From Pseudomonadota bacterium (GTDB taxonomy: Bacteria > Desulfobacterota > SM23-61), in NCBI GenBank assembly GCA_018819135.1, contig JAHJQK010000195.1:1-24000 (forward strand): a stretch of 24,000 bases of DNA, given 5' to 3'. Made by a program: the position numbers and the translations under genes. Shown piece after piece: positions 15,895 to 24,000 of this stretch (its first letter is position 1; every line of letters starts with the position of its first letter). The notes under the pieces were generated by a model. That model searched no databases. It was given only the letters and a program-made list of their open reading frames with translations, and was not told where the DNA came from.

Positions 15895-16545
15895 TTATTT
15901 CTTCTGATTATTCCAGATCTGGATAATTTCTTGGGAGGTGGTGACGATGCCAAAATACTTATCCAGGGTCCTGAGGGTAAAGCGGTGTTCCTCCTCGTCC
16001 ACTCCGCCACAGCAGTCTTCGGCGACGATGACATAGTAGTCATGCATCAAAGCTCCCCGGGCCGTGCAGGCCACGCAGAGAGTGGTATCCACCCCGACCA
16101 CGATCACGGATTTTTTCTGCCTGGTTCGTAGAATGAGATCCAGGTCGGTGTTTACAAAGGCTCCATAGCGGTGCTTGCTGACCACATAGTCCTCTTTGGC
16201 CGGAGCTACTCCGTACCAGTCTGCACCCCAGGTATCCGGCAGGCAATAAGGATGGGATGGTTTCCCTTCATCCACCCAGCCTGTTTTTTTAACCCGATTC
16301 CGTTGAACCCAGGCGTCCGAGTTGGTCCACTGGCTATGGAGCATCTGGGTGAAAAGAACAGGCACCTTAAATCGATGGGCGCTCTCGATGATCTTTTCCA
16401 TCGGAGTTACAACCTTTTGAATCAAGGATAGATTCAGGCCCATTTTGCCGAAAGCGCCGTCTTCATGACAGAAGTCATTTTGCATATCCACAATCACTAA
16501 GGCCGTGTGTCCATAATGAATTCTTTCTTCCAGGGTTTTTAACAT
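15895..16545 (-). CDS. Isochorismatase-like cysteine hydrolase
   Basis: 216 aa. 'ALVIVDMQNDFCHEDG', 'DYVVSKHRYGAF' and 'VGVDTTLCVACTARGALMHDYYVIVAEDCCGG' give the Asp/Lys/Cys catalytic arrangement. Confidence 0.9.
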   Translation of the reverse strand: MLKTLEERIHYGHTALVIVDMQNDFCHEDGAFGKMGLNLSLIQKVVTPMEKIIESAHRFKVPVLFTQMLHSQWTNSDAWVQRNRVKKTGWVDEGKPSHPYCLPDTWGADWYGVAPAKEDYVVSKHRYGAFVNTDLDLILRTRQKKSVIVVGVDTTLCVACTARGALMHDYYVIVAEDCCGGVDEEEHRFTLRTLDKYFGIVTTSQEIIQIWNNQKK

Positions 16546-16572
16546 GTCTGCTCCTCCTTGATTCCTGCCCTA

Positions 16573-16599
16573 CCCTTGCTCTCGCCGGGGGAGCAAGGG
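16573..16599. promoter_or_regulatory. Hairpin CCCTTGCTC...GAGCAAGGG upstream of the hydrolase gene
   Basis: Perfect 9-bp inverted repeat with a 9-nt loop between divergently transcribed genes. Role unknown. Confidence 0.35.
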
Positions 16600-16734
16600 C
16601 AAGTGGGAAGAGAAATTTTAAAGCAGATGGCGCGGCCGGTCTCAGGCGGCAGAAAAAATCACCGGGACTCTCAAAAACTATTACAAATCCGCGGAGAAGG
16701 CAAGTTTAAAGATGAAGATGATAGAAAAAAAGAC

Positions 16735-16761
16735 TTGACAAAATAATTTACATTATATAAA
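16735..16761 (+). promoter_or_regulatory. Possible sigma70-type promoter for the LIV-type ABC operon
   Basis: Consensus TTGACA at 16735-16740 and TATAAA at 16756-16761 (15-nt spacer), in a divergent intergenic region upstream of the operon. Confidence 0.45.
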
Positions 16762-17000
16762 GAGTTACTTAGATGAATTCCCGCCTTGTCCCCGGGGGAT
16801 AAAAATAGTTTGACGTTTCCGGGAATAGAAGAAAGTCCTCCGACTTTGAACCGCTCAAAGCTTACAGAAGCAGAAAAAATTTCACTGGTCCACATTTTTG
16901 GGCCAGAGGTTATTTTGTTTCCACCGTAGGTACGCAGTAAGAGGAAGATAAGCTTTAAGAGGGGTATATGACTATTATATGAATGAAAGGAGGAGCTGAA

Positions 17001-18290
17001 ATGCGTAAGATCAACTTTTTTACGGGCTTATTATTAAGCATTCTTGCCGCTGGGGTGTGGCTTGGGACAGCAGTTCTCCCCGTGGCTGCTGCCCCCTCCG
17101 GGGCACCAGCCGAGTTGAAGGTGGCCTTCGTCGATTTCCTCTCGGGACCGGCCGCCATCTTCGGCACTTCCGGAAGATACGCCACGGAATGGCTGGTGGA
17201 CAAGTGGAACAAAGAGGGTGGCATCCAAGGCGTCCCTGTCAAATTGGTGATCTTGGACGAGAATGGGGGCCCGGCAAAGATGGTGACCGAGTTTAGGCGC
17301 CTGGTGATGGAAGAGAAGGTGAACGCCGTCCTCGGGTACACCTCCAGTGCCAACTCCCTGGCCATCGCCCCCGTGGCCGAGGAATTGAAAACCCTCACCT
17401 TGATCCACGTGGCCGGGACCAACCGCCTGACCGAGGATCATAAACTGCACTATACCTTCAGGACCTCGAACCACCAGGCGGCAGACAGCGTGCTGCTCGC
17501 CAGGTACGTGTTGAAACTCAAGCCAAACCTCAAGAGCATCGCCGGGGTCAATGAGGACTACGCCTGGGGCCGAGACTCGTGGGACGCCTTCACGGGCGCG
17601 ATTAAGACGCTGAAACCTGGCGTCCAGGTCAAGGCGGAGCTCTGGACCAAGTTCCAGGCCGGGGAGTATTCGGCCGAGATCTCCAAGTTGCTGGCGGCCA
17701 GGGCCGATGTAGTCCATTCCAGCTTCTGGGCCGGCGGCCTGGTGACATTCATCAAACAAGCGAATGCCCGCGGCCTAATGAAGCAGAACTCGGTGGCTTT
17801 AAGTACCGGTGCGCAGGTCCTCCAGTTCGTCGGCAAGGACATGCCGGACGGCATAATCGTATGCCCCCGGGCCACGGGAGCGTATTTCCTCGATCCTGAC
17901 CCGGCAAAGGACCCCATGCAGAAGGAGTTCGTGGATGGGTATCGTCCCAAGGTCGGGCGCTACCCCGATTACGTCTCTTACCGTGCCTATCAGGCAGCTG
18001 CAGGCATGAAAGTCGCGTACGAGAAAGCTATTGCCCAGGCGGGCCGCTGGCCCACGACCGAAGAGGTCATCAAAGCTTTGGAAGGGTTAACCTGGAAAGC
18101 TCCGGGTGGGGACATTCATATGCGAGCCGAGGACCACCAGGCGATCCACGATGGGCTGGTGGGGATTACCAAGATGTCCAAAAAGCATGGCTTTGCTTTG
18201 ATGGAAAAACGCGATCGGTTTGCGGGCGAGCAGATCATGCCGCCGGCCGGAATGAAGACGCCCGACTGGGTGAAGACCCTTAAAAAGTAA
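17001..18290 (+). CDS. livJ: LIV-type (HAAT family) ABC transporter substrate-binding protein
   Basis: Signal-like N-terminus MRKINFFTGLLLSILAAGVWLGTAVLPVAA, then 'ELKVAFVDFLSGPAAIFGTSGRYATEWLVDKWNKEGGIQGVPVKLVILDENGG'. AAAGGAGG precedes ATG 17001. The substrate is not determinable from sequence. Confidence 0.9.
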   Translation: MRKINFFTGLLLSILAAGVWLGTAVLPVAAAPSGAPAELKVAFVDFLSGPAAIFGTSGRYATEWLVDKWNKEGGIQGVPVKLVILDENGGPAKMVTEFRRLVMEEKVNAVLGYTSSANSLAIAPVAEELKTLTLIHVAGTNRLTEDHKLHYTFRTSNHQAADSVLLARYVLKLKPNLKSIAGVNEDYAWGRDSWDAFTGAIKTLKPGVQVKAELWTKFQAGEYSAEISKLLAARADVVHSSFWAGGLVTFIKQANARGLMKQNSVALSTGAQVLQFVGKDMPDGIIVCPRATGAYFLDPDPAKDPMQKEFVDGYRPKVGRYPDYVSYRAYQAAAGMKVAYEKAIAQAGRWPTTEEVIKALEGLTWKAPGGDIHMRAEDHQAIHDGLVGITKMSKKHGFALMEKRDRFAGEQIMPPAGMKTPDWVKTLKK

Positions 18291-18405
18291 CCCCCATCCT
18301 GTCTGCCGGCGAGGGCGCGAGGGAGAGGAAGGTGTCCCCCAAGCGCTCTCTCCTAGAGCGGTAAACTGCAACTGAACCTGAGATGAGGAAGGAGCTCGTG
18401 CGAGC

Positions 18406-19308
18406 ATGGATATTGGTCTGCTTACCATCATCATCTTCGACGGCCTGAACTACGCGGCCACTTTGTTTTTGATCTCCGTTGGCCTTACCCTCGTGTACGG
18501 GGTACTGCGTATCCTGAACATCTCCCATGGCGCCATCTACGGGCTTGGCGCATACATGGCCACCTGGCTCACCATCCTGTTCCTGGACAAGGGGCTTCCG
18601 GTCTATCTGAGCTACTTCATGCTCCTTATGGGTGCGGTTATCATCGGGCTCATTACTGGACCGACCATCGAACGGCTCTGCCTGCGGCGAATCTACGGAA
18701 GCGACATGCATATCCAACTGCTTCTGACCTTCTCCATCCTCCTGATCCTGGACGACGCGATGAAGCTGATCTGGGGGGTGGAGCCGATGTTCATGAGCGG
18801 GCCCTACACTCTTTTGGGACAGTTCTCGGTAGGTGGGATCATTTACCCCAGGTACACCTTTCTCCTCATAGGCGTCTCGGCGTCGTTTGGCGTCTTCTTA
18901 GTCTGGCTTGTCCGGGGCACCCGGTACGGAAAGCTCGTGATTTCGGTGATCCAGGACCGCGAGATCAGCGTGGCCATGGGGATCAACGTCGGCCTCATCT
19001 ATACCGCGGCGTTCACCATGGGCGCCCTGAGCGCGGCCATCGGCGGGGCGTTTATCGCGCCGACGATCTCGGTGGCCCCCGGCTTCGCCGCCGAGGTGGT
19101 GGTGATGGCCTTCGCGGTCGTCGCTATCGGGGGCATGGGCAACCTGGAGGGTGCGGCCCTGGGTTCGCTCATCGTGGGTCTCGCCCGGGCCCTGGCCATC
19201 CATCTGGTCGCGGAGCTGGAGCTGGCGGTGATCTACCTGATCATGGTCCTCGTCCTGGCGTTTCGACCCCAGGGGCTTTTCGGAGCGGTGGAAGAGAGGA
19301 GGATCTAA
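18406..19308 (+). CDS. livH: LIV-type ABC transporter permease
   Basis: 'GLTLVYGVLRILNISHGAIYGLGAYMA' and 'VAIGGMGNLEGAALGSLIVGL' are characteristic of LivH. Confidence 0.93.
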   Translation: MDIGLLTIIIFDGLNYAATLFLISVGLTLVYGVLRILNISHGAIYGLGAYMATWLTILFLDKGLPVYLSYFMLLMGAVIIGLITGPTIERLCLRRIYGSDMHIQLLLTFSILLILDDAMKLIWGVEPMFMSGPYTLLGQFSVGGIIYPRYTFLLIGVSASFGVFLVWLVRGTRYGKLVISVIQDREISVAMGINVGLIYTAAFTMGALSAAIGGAFIAPTISVAPGFAAEVVVMAFAVVAIGGMGNLEGAALGSLIVGLARALAIHLVAELELAVIYLIMVLVLAFRPQGLFGAVEERRI

Positions 19309-19309
19309 G

Positions 19310-20269
19310 ATGAGACCGAATCTGCGTGTCCTCTCGATTGTCTCCGCCTTACTGATCCTGGTGCCCCTGGTGGTGCCGAGCTGGGTCGTTTTCATCCTGA
19401 CCAAGGCCCTCTTCATATTCATAGCCGTACTCGGCGTGGCCCTGTTTCTGCGGGGGGGACAGATAACCTTCGGCCATGCCCTCTTCTTCGCCACGGGCAC
19501 CTATACCGTCGGGTTCAGCGTCAAGTGGTTTGAGTTGCGAGAGACGCTGGTGCTGGTGCCCATGGGGGCTCTCACGGGATTGATCATGGCCGCCCTCGTC
19601 GGACTCATTATGGCCAGATACAGGGGCGTATTCTTCGCCATGCTCAACCTTGCCTTTTCCATGATCCTGTACGCCATCCTGCTCAAGCTCTACTGGGTGA
19701 CCGGAGGGACCGACGGGATTTCGGTCGGAACGGCCACCTTCCTGGGACTTCCGCTCCCTGCGGGCACCTACCCGTTTTACTACTTTACCCTGGTCATTGC
19801 CGGACTCATCACCTACGTCGTGTACCGCTTCCTGGCCTCCCCGCTCGGCTATTTCCTCAGGGCCATCGCGGACAACGAGATCCGCATCGAGTACTCGGGA
19901 GAATCCGTCCGACGGGTTATCTACCTGACCTACATCCTCGCCGGCGGGCTCGGCGGGGTTTCGGGCGTCCTGGCGGCCTTCACGGTCGGCCATGTCGTCC
20001 CTGAGGACGCCTTCTGGATCCAGTCCGCGCAGTTCGTCTTCATCGCCCTGCTCGGAGGCTTCGAGGGCATACTCGGCTCTTTGATGGGCGCCGTAGCCTT
20101 TGAGTTCATCCAGACCTATTCATCAAAGTACTTCCCCTATGCCTGGCAATTGACGCTGGGCGGCATCATGTTGCTGGTTATCCTGTTCCGACCCGGTGGG
20201 CTGTGGGCGATCTACGAGTCTTTGGTGAGCCGGTTTAGCTCGAAAGCGGAAGGGAGCACCCATGGTTGA
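19310..20269 (+). CDS. livM: LIV-type ABC transporter permease
   Basis: 'GGQITFGHALFFATGTY' and 'ALLGGFEGILGSLMGAVAFEFIQ' are characteristic of LivM. Begins directly after livH. Confidence 0.93.
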   Translation: MRPNLRVLSIVSALLILVPLVVPSWVVFILTKALFIFIAVLGVALFLRGGQITFGHALFFATGTYTVGFSVKWFELRETLVLVPMGALTGLIMAALVGLIMARYRGVFFAMLNLAFSMILYAILLKLYWVTGGTDGISVGTATFLGLPLPAGTYPFYYFTLVIAGLITYVVYRFLASPLGYFLRAIADNEIRIEYSGESVRRVIYLTYILAGGLGGVSGVLAAFTVGHVVPEDAFWIQSAQFVFIALLGGFEGILGSLMGAVAFEFIQTYSSKYFPYAWQLTLGGIMLLVILFRPGGLWAIYESLVSRFSSKAEGSTHG

Positions 20270-21017
20270 GACGCCCCTGATTTTGCAAACCGTAGACCTG
20301 ACCAAACATTTTGGGATGATCAAGGCCGCCGAGAGAATCAGCGTCGAGGTAAACCAAGGCCAACTGGTCGGTATCGTGGGGGCCAACGGCTCGGGTAAGA
20401 CCACGTTCCTCAACCTTATCACCGGCTACCTAAAGCCCGAGCGGGGCCGCATTCTGTTCATGGGGCGAGATACGACGGGCCTGCCTCCCCGCGTGATTAC
20501 CAGGCTTGGCGTAGCCCGCTCATTTCAGGTTCCTCAGCTCTACACCCACATGAATGTTCTGGAGTGCGTGCTGCTATCCCTGGCCGCCGAGTCAGGAAAC
20601 GGGGGCAGTTTCTGGCAACCCCTCTTTGAAGAGTCCCGACGAGCCGAAGCGCTGGAGACTCTAGGGCGCTTCGGCCTTAGCGCCTATGCCCATCGTCCTA
20701 CAAGCGAGCTGCCCGAGGGAGGCAGAAAGCTCCTGGATATCGCCCTCTCCTTTGCCCTGAAACCCAAGCTCCTGTTGATGGATGAGCCGACCAGCGGGGT
20801 CAGCATCGAGGATAAATTCGAGGTGATGGATACCCTGGTGAAAGTCCTACAGGAAAGCAATGTCACCACCATATTCGTGGAGCACGATATGGAGGTAGTC
20901 CAGCGCTACGGGTGGCGTGTTCTGGTGTTTGACGAAGGCCAGGTGATCGCCGACGGCAAGCCCGATAACGTCCTGGCCGATCCCGAGGTCAGAAAGACCG
21001 TACTAGGTAGGGTGTAA
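20262..21017 (+). CDS. livG: LIV-type ABC transporter ATP-binding protein
   Basis: Walker A 'GANGSGKTTFLNLITG' and 'LLMDEPTSGVS', with a LivG-type insertion. Confidence 0.93.
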   Translation: MVETPLILQTVDLTKHFGMIKAAERISVEVNQGQLVGIVGANGSGKTTFLNLITGYLKPERGRILFMGRDTTGLPPRVITRLGVARSFQVPQLYTHMNVLECVLLSLAAESGNGGSFWQPLFEESRRAEALETLGRFGLSAYAHRPTSELPEGGRKLLDIALSFALKPKLLLMDEPTSGVSIEDKFEVMDTLVKVLQESNVTTIFVEHDMEVVQRYGWRVLVFDEGQVIADGKPDNVLADPEVRKTVLGRV

Positions 21018-21018
21018 T

Positions 21019-21684
21019 ATGCTGCGGGTTAACGATGTTCGAGTCACCATCAAAGGGTTCATCATCCTGAGGGGGGTCAGCTTAAACATCCCCTCCGGCG
21101 GCCTCATCGGCCTCGTGGGCCGAAACGGGGCGGGTAAAACCACCACGCTCAAGAGTATCATGGGGCTCGTACCCGTCTCAGCCGGTGCCATTTCCTTCGA
21201 TGGCCGGGACCTGGCCAAAGTCCCGGGGTACCGGCGGGCCCATCTGGGCTTCGGGTACATGCCCGAGGACCGCCGCCTGATCGGTGCGCTGACGGTACAG
21301 GACAATATCCTGACGCCAGCCTGGGCCAGCAACCTGGAAGGTGCCAATGAGCGACTGGACTACATTTACCAGCTGATGCCCGGCACCCAGACATTGGCGA
21401 ACCGCAAAGCCACCCAGCTGAGCGGCGGGCAGCAGAAGATGGTCGCTCTGGCCCGGGCGCTCATGAGCGGCACCAAGCTTCTGCTCCTGGACGAGCCCTT
21501 CGAGGGGTTGGCTCCGCTCATCGGCGGGAAGCTCGGGAAGACGATTCAGGATATCCAGCGCGGAGGGCTATCGGTGTTGATCGCCGAATCTGACGATAAG
21601 CGGATCAGCTTCGTGGAAGAAATCTACACCATTGAGCGGGGTGAAGTCGTCCAGACCGGTGATTCGAAAGCCAGAGAACCCTAA
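21019..21684 (+). CDS. livF: LIV-type ABC transporter ATP-binding protein
   Basis: Walker A 'GRNGAGKTTTLKSIMG', signature 'LSGGQQKMVALARALM' and 'LLLDEPFEGLAP'. Confidence 0.93.
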   Translation: MLRVNDVRVTIKGFIILRGVSLNIPSGGLIGLVGRNGAGKTTTLKSIMGLVPVSAGAISFDGRDLAKVPGYRRAHLGFGYMPEDRRLIGALTVQDNILTPAWASNLEGANERLDYIYQLMPGTQTLANRKATQLSGGQQKMVALARALMSGTKLLLLDEPFEGLAPLIGGKLGKTIQDIQRGGLSVLIAESDDKRISFVEEIYTIERGEVVQTGDSKAREP

Positions 21685-21711
21685 TGGCATTTTAGTCCTT
21701 CCCAGTCCATC

Positions 21712-22230
21712 TTGACTCCGGAGCTTTTCCTTTCTAAGGCTGCCAGGCCTGCCGTTCAGACGATCCCGTGGAGTCAGCAGCTCTTCCTCGGCCACAGCAA
21801 ACTAAAATTGAAAGTAGGGGCGGAAGCGAAGATCGATCCCAGAACCTACGGGCCTTCCCTCATTTTTGATGGAGTGGTTGAGAATATCAGCGACGGAGCT
21901 TACACCTGCGAAGGGCCTATGAACAAGGGCGTCCGTTTCTCCCTGGGGCCGACGGCTGTTTTGCGGCAGGGTGGAGTGCGGGTGGTGGTGGCTACTCATA
22001 ACCACCAGGTGTACGATTTGCAGGTCTTCCGTACCCAGAACATCGAGCCCCGGGAGTGCTCCGTTCTTGCGGTCAAATCCTGGCACCATTTCCGGGCCGC
22101 CTTCGAACCCATTTCCAGCGGGGTGCTTCTGGCGGACAGCGGTGGCTTAGCTTCCATGGACCTCAACCGAATTAGTCAAGAAATATCCGGATCGTTTTCC
22201 CGGCTTCATTGCCTCCCTACCCATGAATGA
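21712..22230 (+). pseudogene. Truncated MlrC (M81 metallopeptidase family) C-terminal domain, second copy
   Basis: 'KIDPRTYGPSLIFDGVVENISDGAYTCEGPMNKGVRFSLGPTAVLRQGGVRVVVATHNHQVYDLQVF...VLAVKSWHHFRAAFEPISSG' closely parallels 13319-13640. The N-terminal catalytic domain is missing. Confidence 0.65.
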
Positions 22231-22339
22231 TCCGGAAGGACTTCTGGCTGAGGCCGAAAGGGCAATCAAGGACCTGGGGGCTAGCAATAAGGCTCCCCGT
22301 GGTAAAATGCTTCGCTTGGAAATGTATAGAATAACCTAA
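22223..22339 (+). CDS. Possible 38-aa ORF or gene remnant
   Basis: MNDPEGLLAEAERAIKDLGASNKAPRGKMLRLEMYRIT*, overlapping the end of the MlrC_C fragment. No RBS-quality support. Confidence 0.2.
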   Translation: MNDPEGLLAEAERAIKDLGASNKAPRGKMLRLEMYRIT

Positions 22340-22376
22340 GGGGCTACAAGTTGTTAAAATTTCGAAGGAGTATACC

Positions 22377-23579
22377 TTGGACGAAAAAACCGGGATAATA
22401 AAGAAGATTGATTACCGGGGTCTGATCCTTCTGGGTATGGGCCACATGATGACGGATTTGAATACCAGCGCCCTGCTTGCGTTACTCCCTTTCCTAAAAG
22501 ACGCTTTAGGACTTTCTTATGCCATGGCTGGAACGATCATTTTGTTTTCCAACCTGACCTCTTCGGTTATCCAGCCGCTTTTCGGCTATATCACCGACCG
22601 AAAATTCTTCCTCTGGTTCCTGCCGCTGGGTGTTTTTTTGGCAGCTCTGGGGATCGCCCTCTTGGGCTGGGCTTCCAGTTACGAACGAATTGTATTCTTG
22701 GTAATTCTTAGTGGGGTGGGAGTGGCCATCTACCATCCCGAAGGCTGGCGCATTGCCAATTTTTTTGCCGGGGAGAAGAAAGCCACCGGCATGTCCATCT
22801 TCGGGGTGGGAGGGAACTTGGGTTTTGCCTTCGGTCCGCTGATGGCCATTGTCTTTGTGAAAGCTCTGGGGCTTAAGGGAAGTGCCTTTTTTTTAATTCC
22901 AGGCATGGCCATGGCCGGGGTGTTTCTCTTCAGTCGTTTCTGGCGCGTGAGCAGACCCTCCGTTCGTCCTTCGCCTGCCTTGACCCCGACGGATGTCGCT
23001 ACGAGGTCGGCCCTCTACCCGATGTCTCTGCTGCTGGGGATGGTCATGCTGTGTTCCTGGGCGCGCATCGGGTTGATGACCTTCATCCCTTTTTATTACA
23101 TCAACTATATGAAGGGAGACCCGATGCAGGCCGGGAATCTCCTCTTTGCTTTTCTAATGGCCGGAACGTTCGGTACGCTCGCCGGAGGGCCGCTGGCGGA
23201 TCGTTTTGGTCATAAAAAAATTGTCCTTTTCAGCCTGGGCCTTACCACTCCCTTTTTAGTCCTTTTCCTCTTAAGCTCCGGCTTCTGGTCGTTTATCTTT
23301 TTTATCGTGGCCGGTTTCATCTTAATCTTTTCTTTCACGGTGTCCATGGTCATGGGCCAATTCTTCATGCCCAAAAGCCTGGGGATGGTTTCAGGCTTGA
23401 TAGTCGGCTTGGCCATCGGCACCGGGGGGATTGGAGCGGCTGTATTGGGGCTCTTTGCCGACCGTTGGGGTGTACCCCTGACCCTGTGGGTCATCGCTCT
23501 CATCCCCTGGGCAGCATTCATTCTGGGTGCGCTTATACCTTATCCTTCCCAGCGCGGCAGAGCCGTAACCAAACCATAG
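22377..23579 (+). CDS. MFS transporter resembling the fosmidomycin-resistance (Fsr) subfamily
   Basis: 400 aa from a TTG start with GAAGGAG upstream. Multiple TM segments, 'GHMMTDLNTSALLALLPFLKDALGLSYAMAG' and 'GVGVAIYHPEGWRIANFF'. Confidence 0.85.
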   Translation: MDEKTGIIKKIDYRGLILLGMGHMMTDLNTSALLALLPFLKDALGLSYAMAGTIILFSNLTSSVIQPLFGYITDRKFFLWFLPLGVFLAALGIALLGWASSYERIVFLVILSGVGVAIYHPEGWRIANFFAGEKKATGMSIFGVGGNLGFAFGPLMAIVFVKALGLKGSAFFLIPGMAMAGVFLFSRFWRVSRPSVRPSPALTPTDVATRSALYPMSLLLGMVMLCSWARIGLMTFIPFYYINYMKGDPMQAGNLLFAFLMAGTFGTLAGGPLADRFGHKKIVLFSLGLTTPFLVLFLLSSGFWSFIFFIVAGFILIFSFTVSMVMGQFFMPKSLGMVSGLIVGLAIGTGGIGAAVLGLFADRWGVPLTLWVIALIPWAAFILGALIPYPSQRGRAVTKP

Positions 23580-23655
23580 AAACTTACAAAAGGGTCGAGG
23601 ACATAGTTCCGATGGTTCCGTTATTTCGATCCCTGCCCACTCCAGCCTCTTCGCC

Positions 23656-24000
23656 TTAGGATGAGGGGAGCATTGTTAGATTATATTCTTTCCCGTCAAT
23701 AATGAGGGAAAAGCGGCTTCTTTTTTCATCATGCTGGATGAAGGGTACCAGAAGTTGATAGGCGCCGCGGGAAAAGCGGGCTTCAAACATTCCGTTCCGA
23801 ACCAGGCAATAGGGGATATGATCTGCTCCGATGCGCAGGGTTTCAGGAATGAGTTGTTCTCGACTTTCATCGTTCAATATTAACCAAACCGACTCCAACC
23901 TACCTTGTTTGGAAGTGACGAATTCAAGGGTTTTGACCACGAAAGGAGCATCTTCCACCTCTACCGGGCATATTTCCCGGCCAATCCGCACAATGATCCG
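23656..24000 (-). CDS. DUF1285-like protein (partial, N-terminus beyond the right edge)
   Basis: The frame is open to the window end: RIIVRIGREICPVEVEDAPFVVKTLEF...IPYCLVRNGMFEARFSRGAYQLLVPF. The 'VEDAPFVV' motif is typical of DUF1285. Confidence 0.65.
   Translation of the reverse strand, partial: RIIVRIGREICPVEVEDAPFVVKTLEFVTSKQGRLESVWLILNDESREQLIPETLRIGADHIPYCLVRNGMFEARFSRGAYQLLVPFIQHDEKRSRFSLIIDGKEYNLTMLPSS

Noticed and set aside
16955-20422. Long minus-strand ORFs (e.g. 17034..17759, 18898..19500, 19349..19993) opposite the liv operon
   Set aside because: Shadow ORFs in GC-rich genes. Translations are rich in G/R/H/D and lack any family signature.
22506-23521. ORFs antisense to the MFS transporter
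   Set aside because: The sense strand has clear transmembrane and MFS motifs.

Overview
The window looks like a fragment of a deltaproteobacterial or syntrophic-type genome and splits into two parts. The left part (about 0.7-11 kb) is an accessory or defence-like island. It holds a PIN-domain gene pair and a compact, AT-rich, co-directional operon. That operon encodes a NurA-like C-terminal fragment, an uncharacterised 310-aa protein, two tandem paralogous BREX-type (BrxC/BrxD-like) P-loop ATPases and an Lhr/BrxHI-like DEAD/DEAH helicase, with no PglX, PglZ or methyltransferase visible. It is followed by a series of toxin-antitoxin-like small gene pairs. Two direct copies (~95% identical) of a ~131-136 bp element, which folds into a long closing stem with three internal hairpins, bracket part of that series. 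The right part (about 11.7-24 kb) is more ordinary: an RRM / CxxC-CxxC zinc-ribbon / cold-shock-protein cluster, an aldehyde ferredoxin oxidoreductase, an isochorismatase-like hydrolase, a complete branched-chain amino-acid-type ABC transporter operon, an MFS transporter and a DUF1285-like gene. The right part also carries two diverged, truncated MlrC (M81) C-terminal fragments, one fused in frame to the N-terminus of a DppB/OppB-like permease. The strongest lead for an undescribed system is the 1.4-7.8 kb twin-ATPase plus helicase module. All family assignments come from reading motifs by eye. No database search was run.
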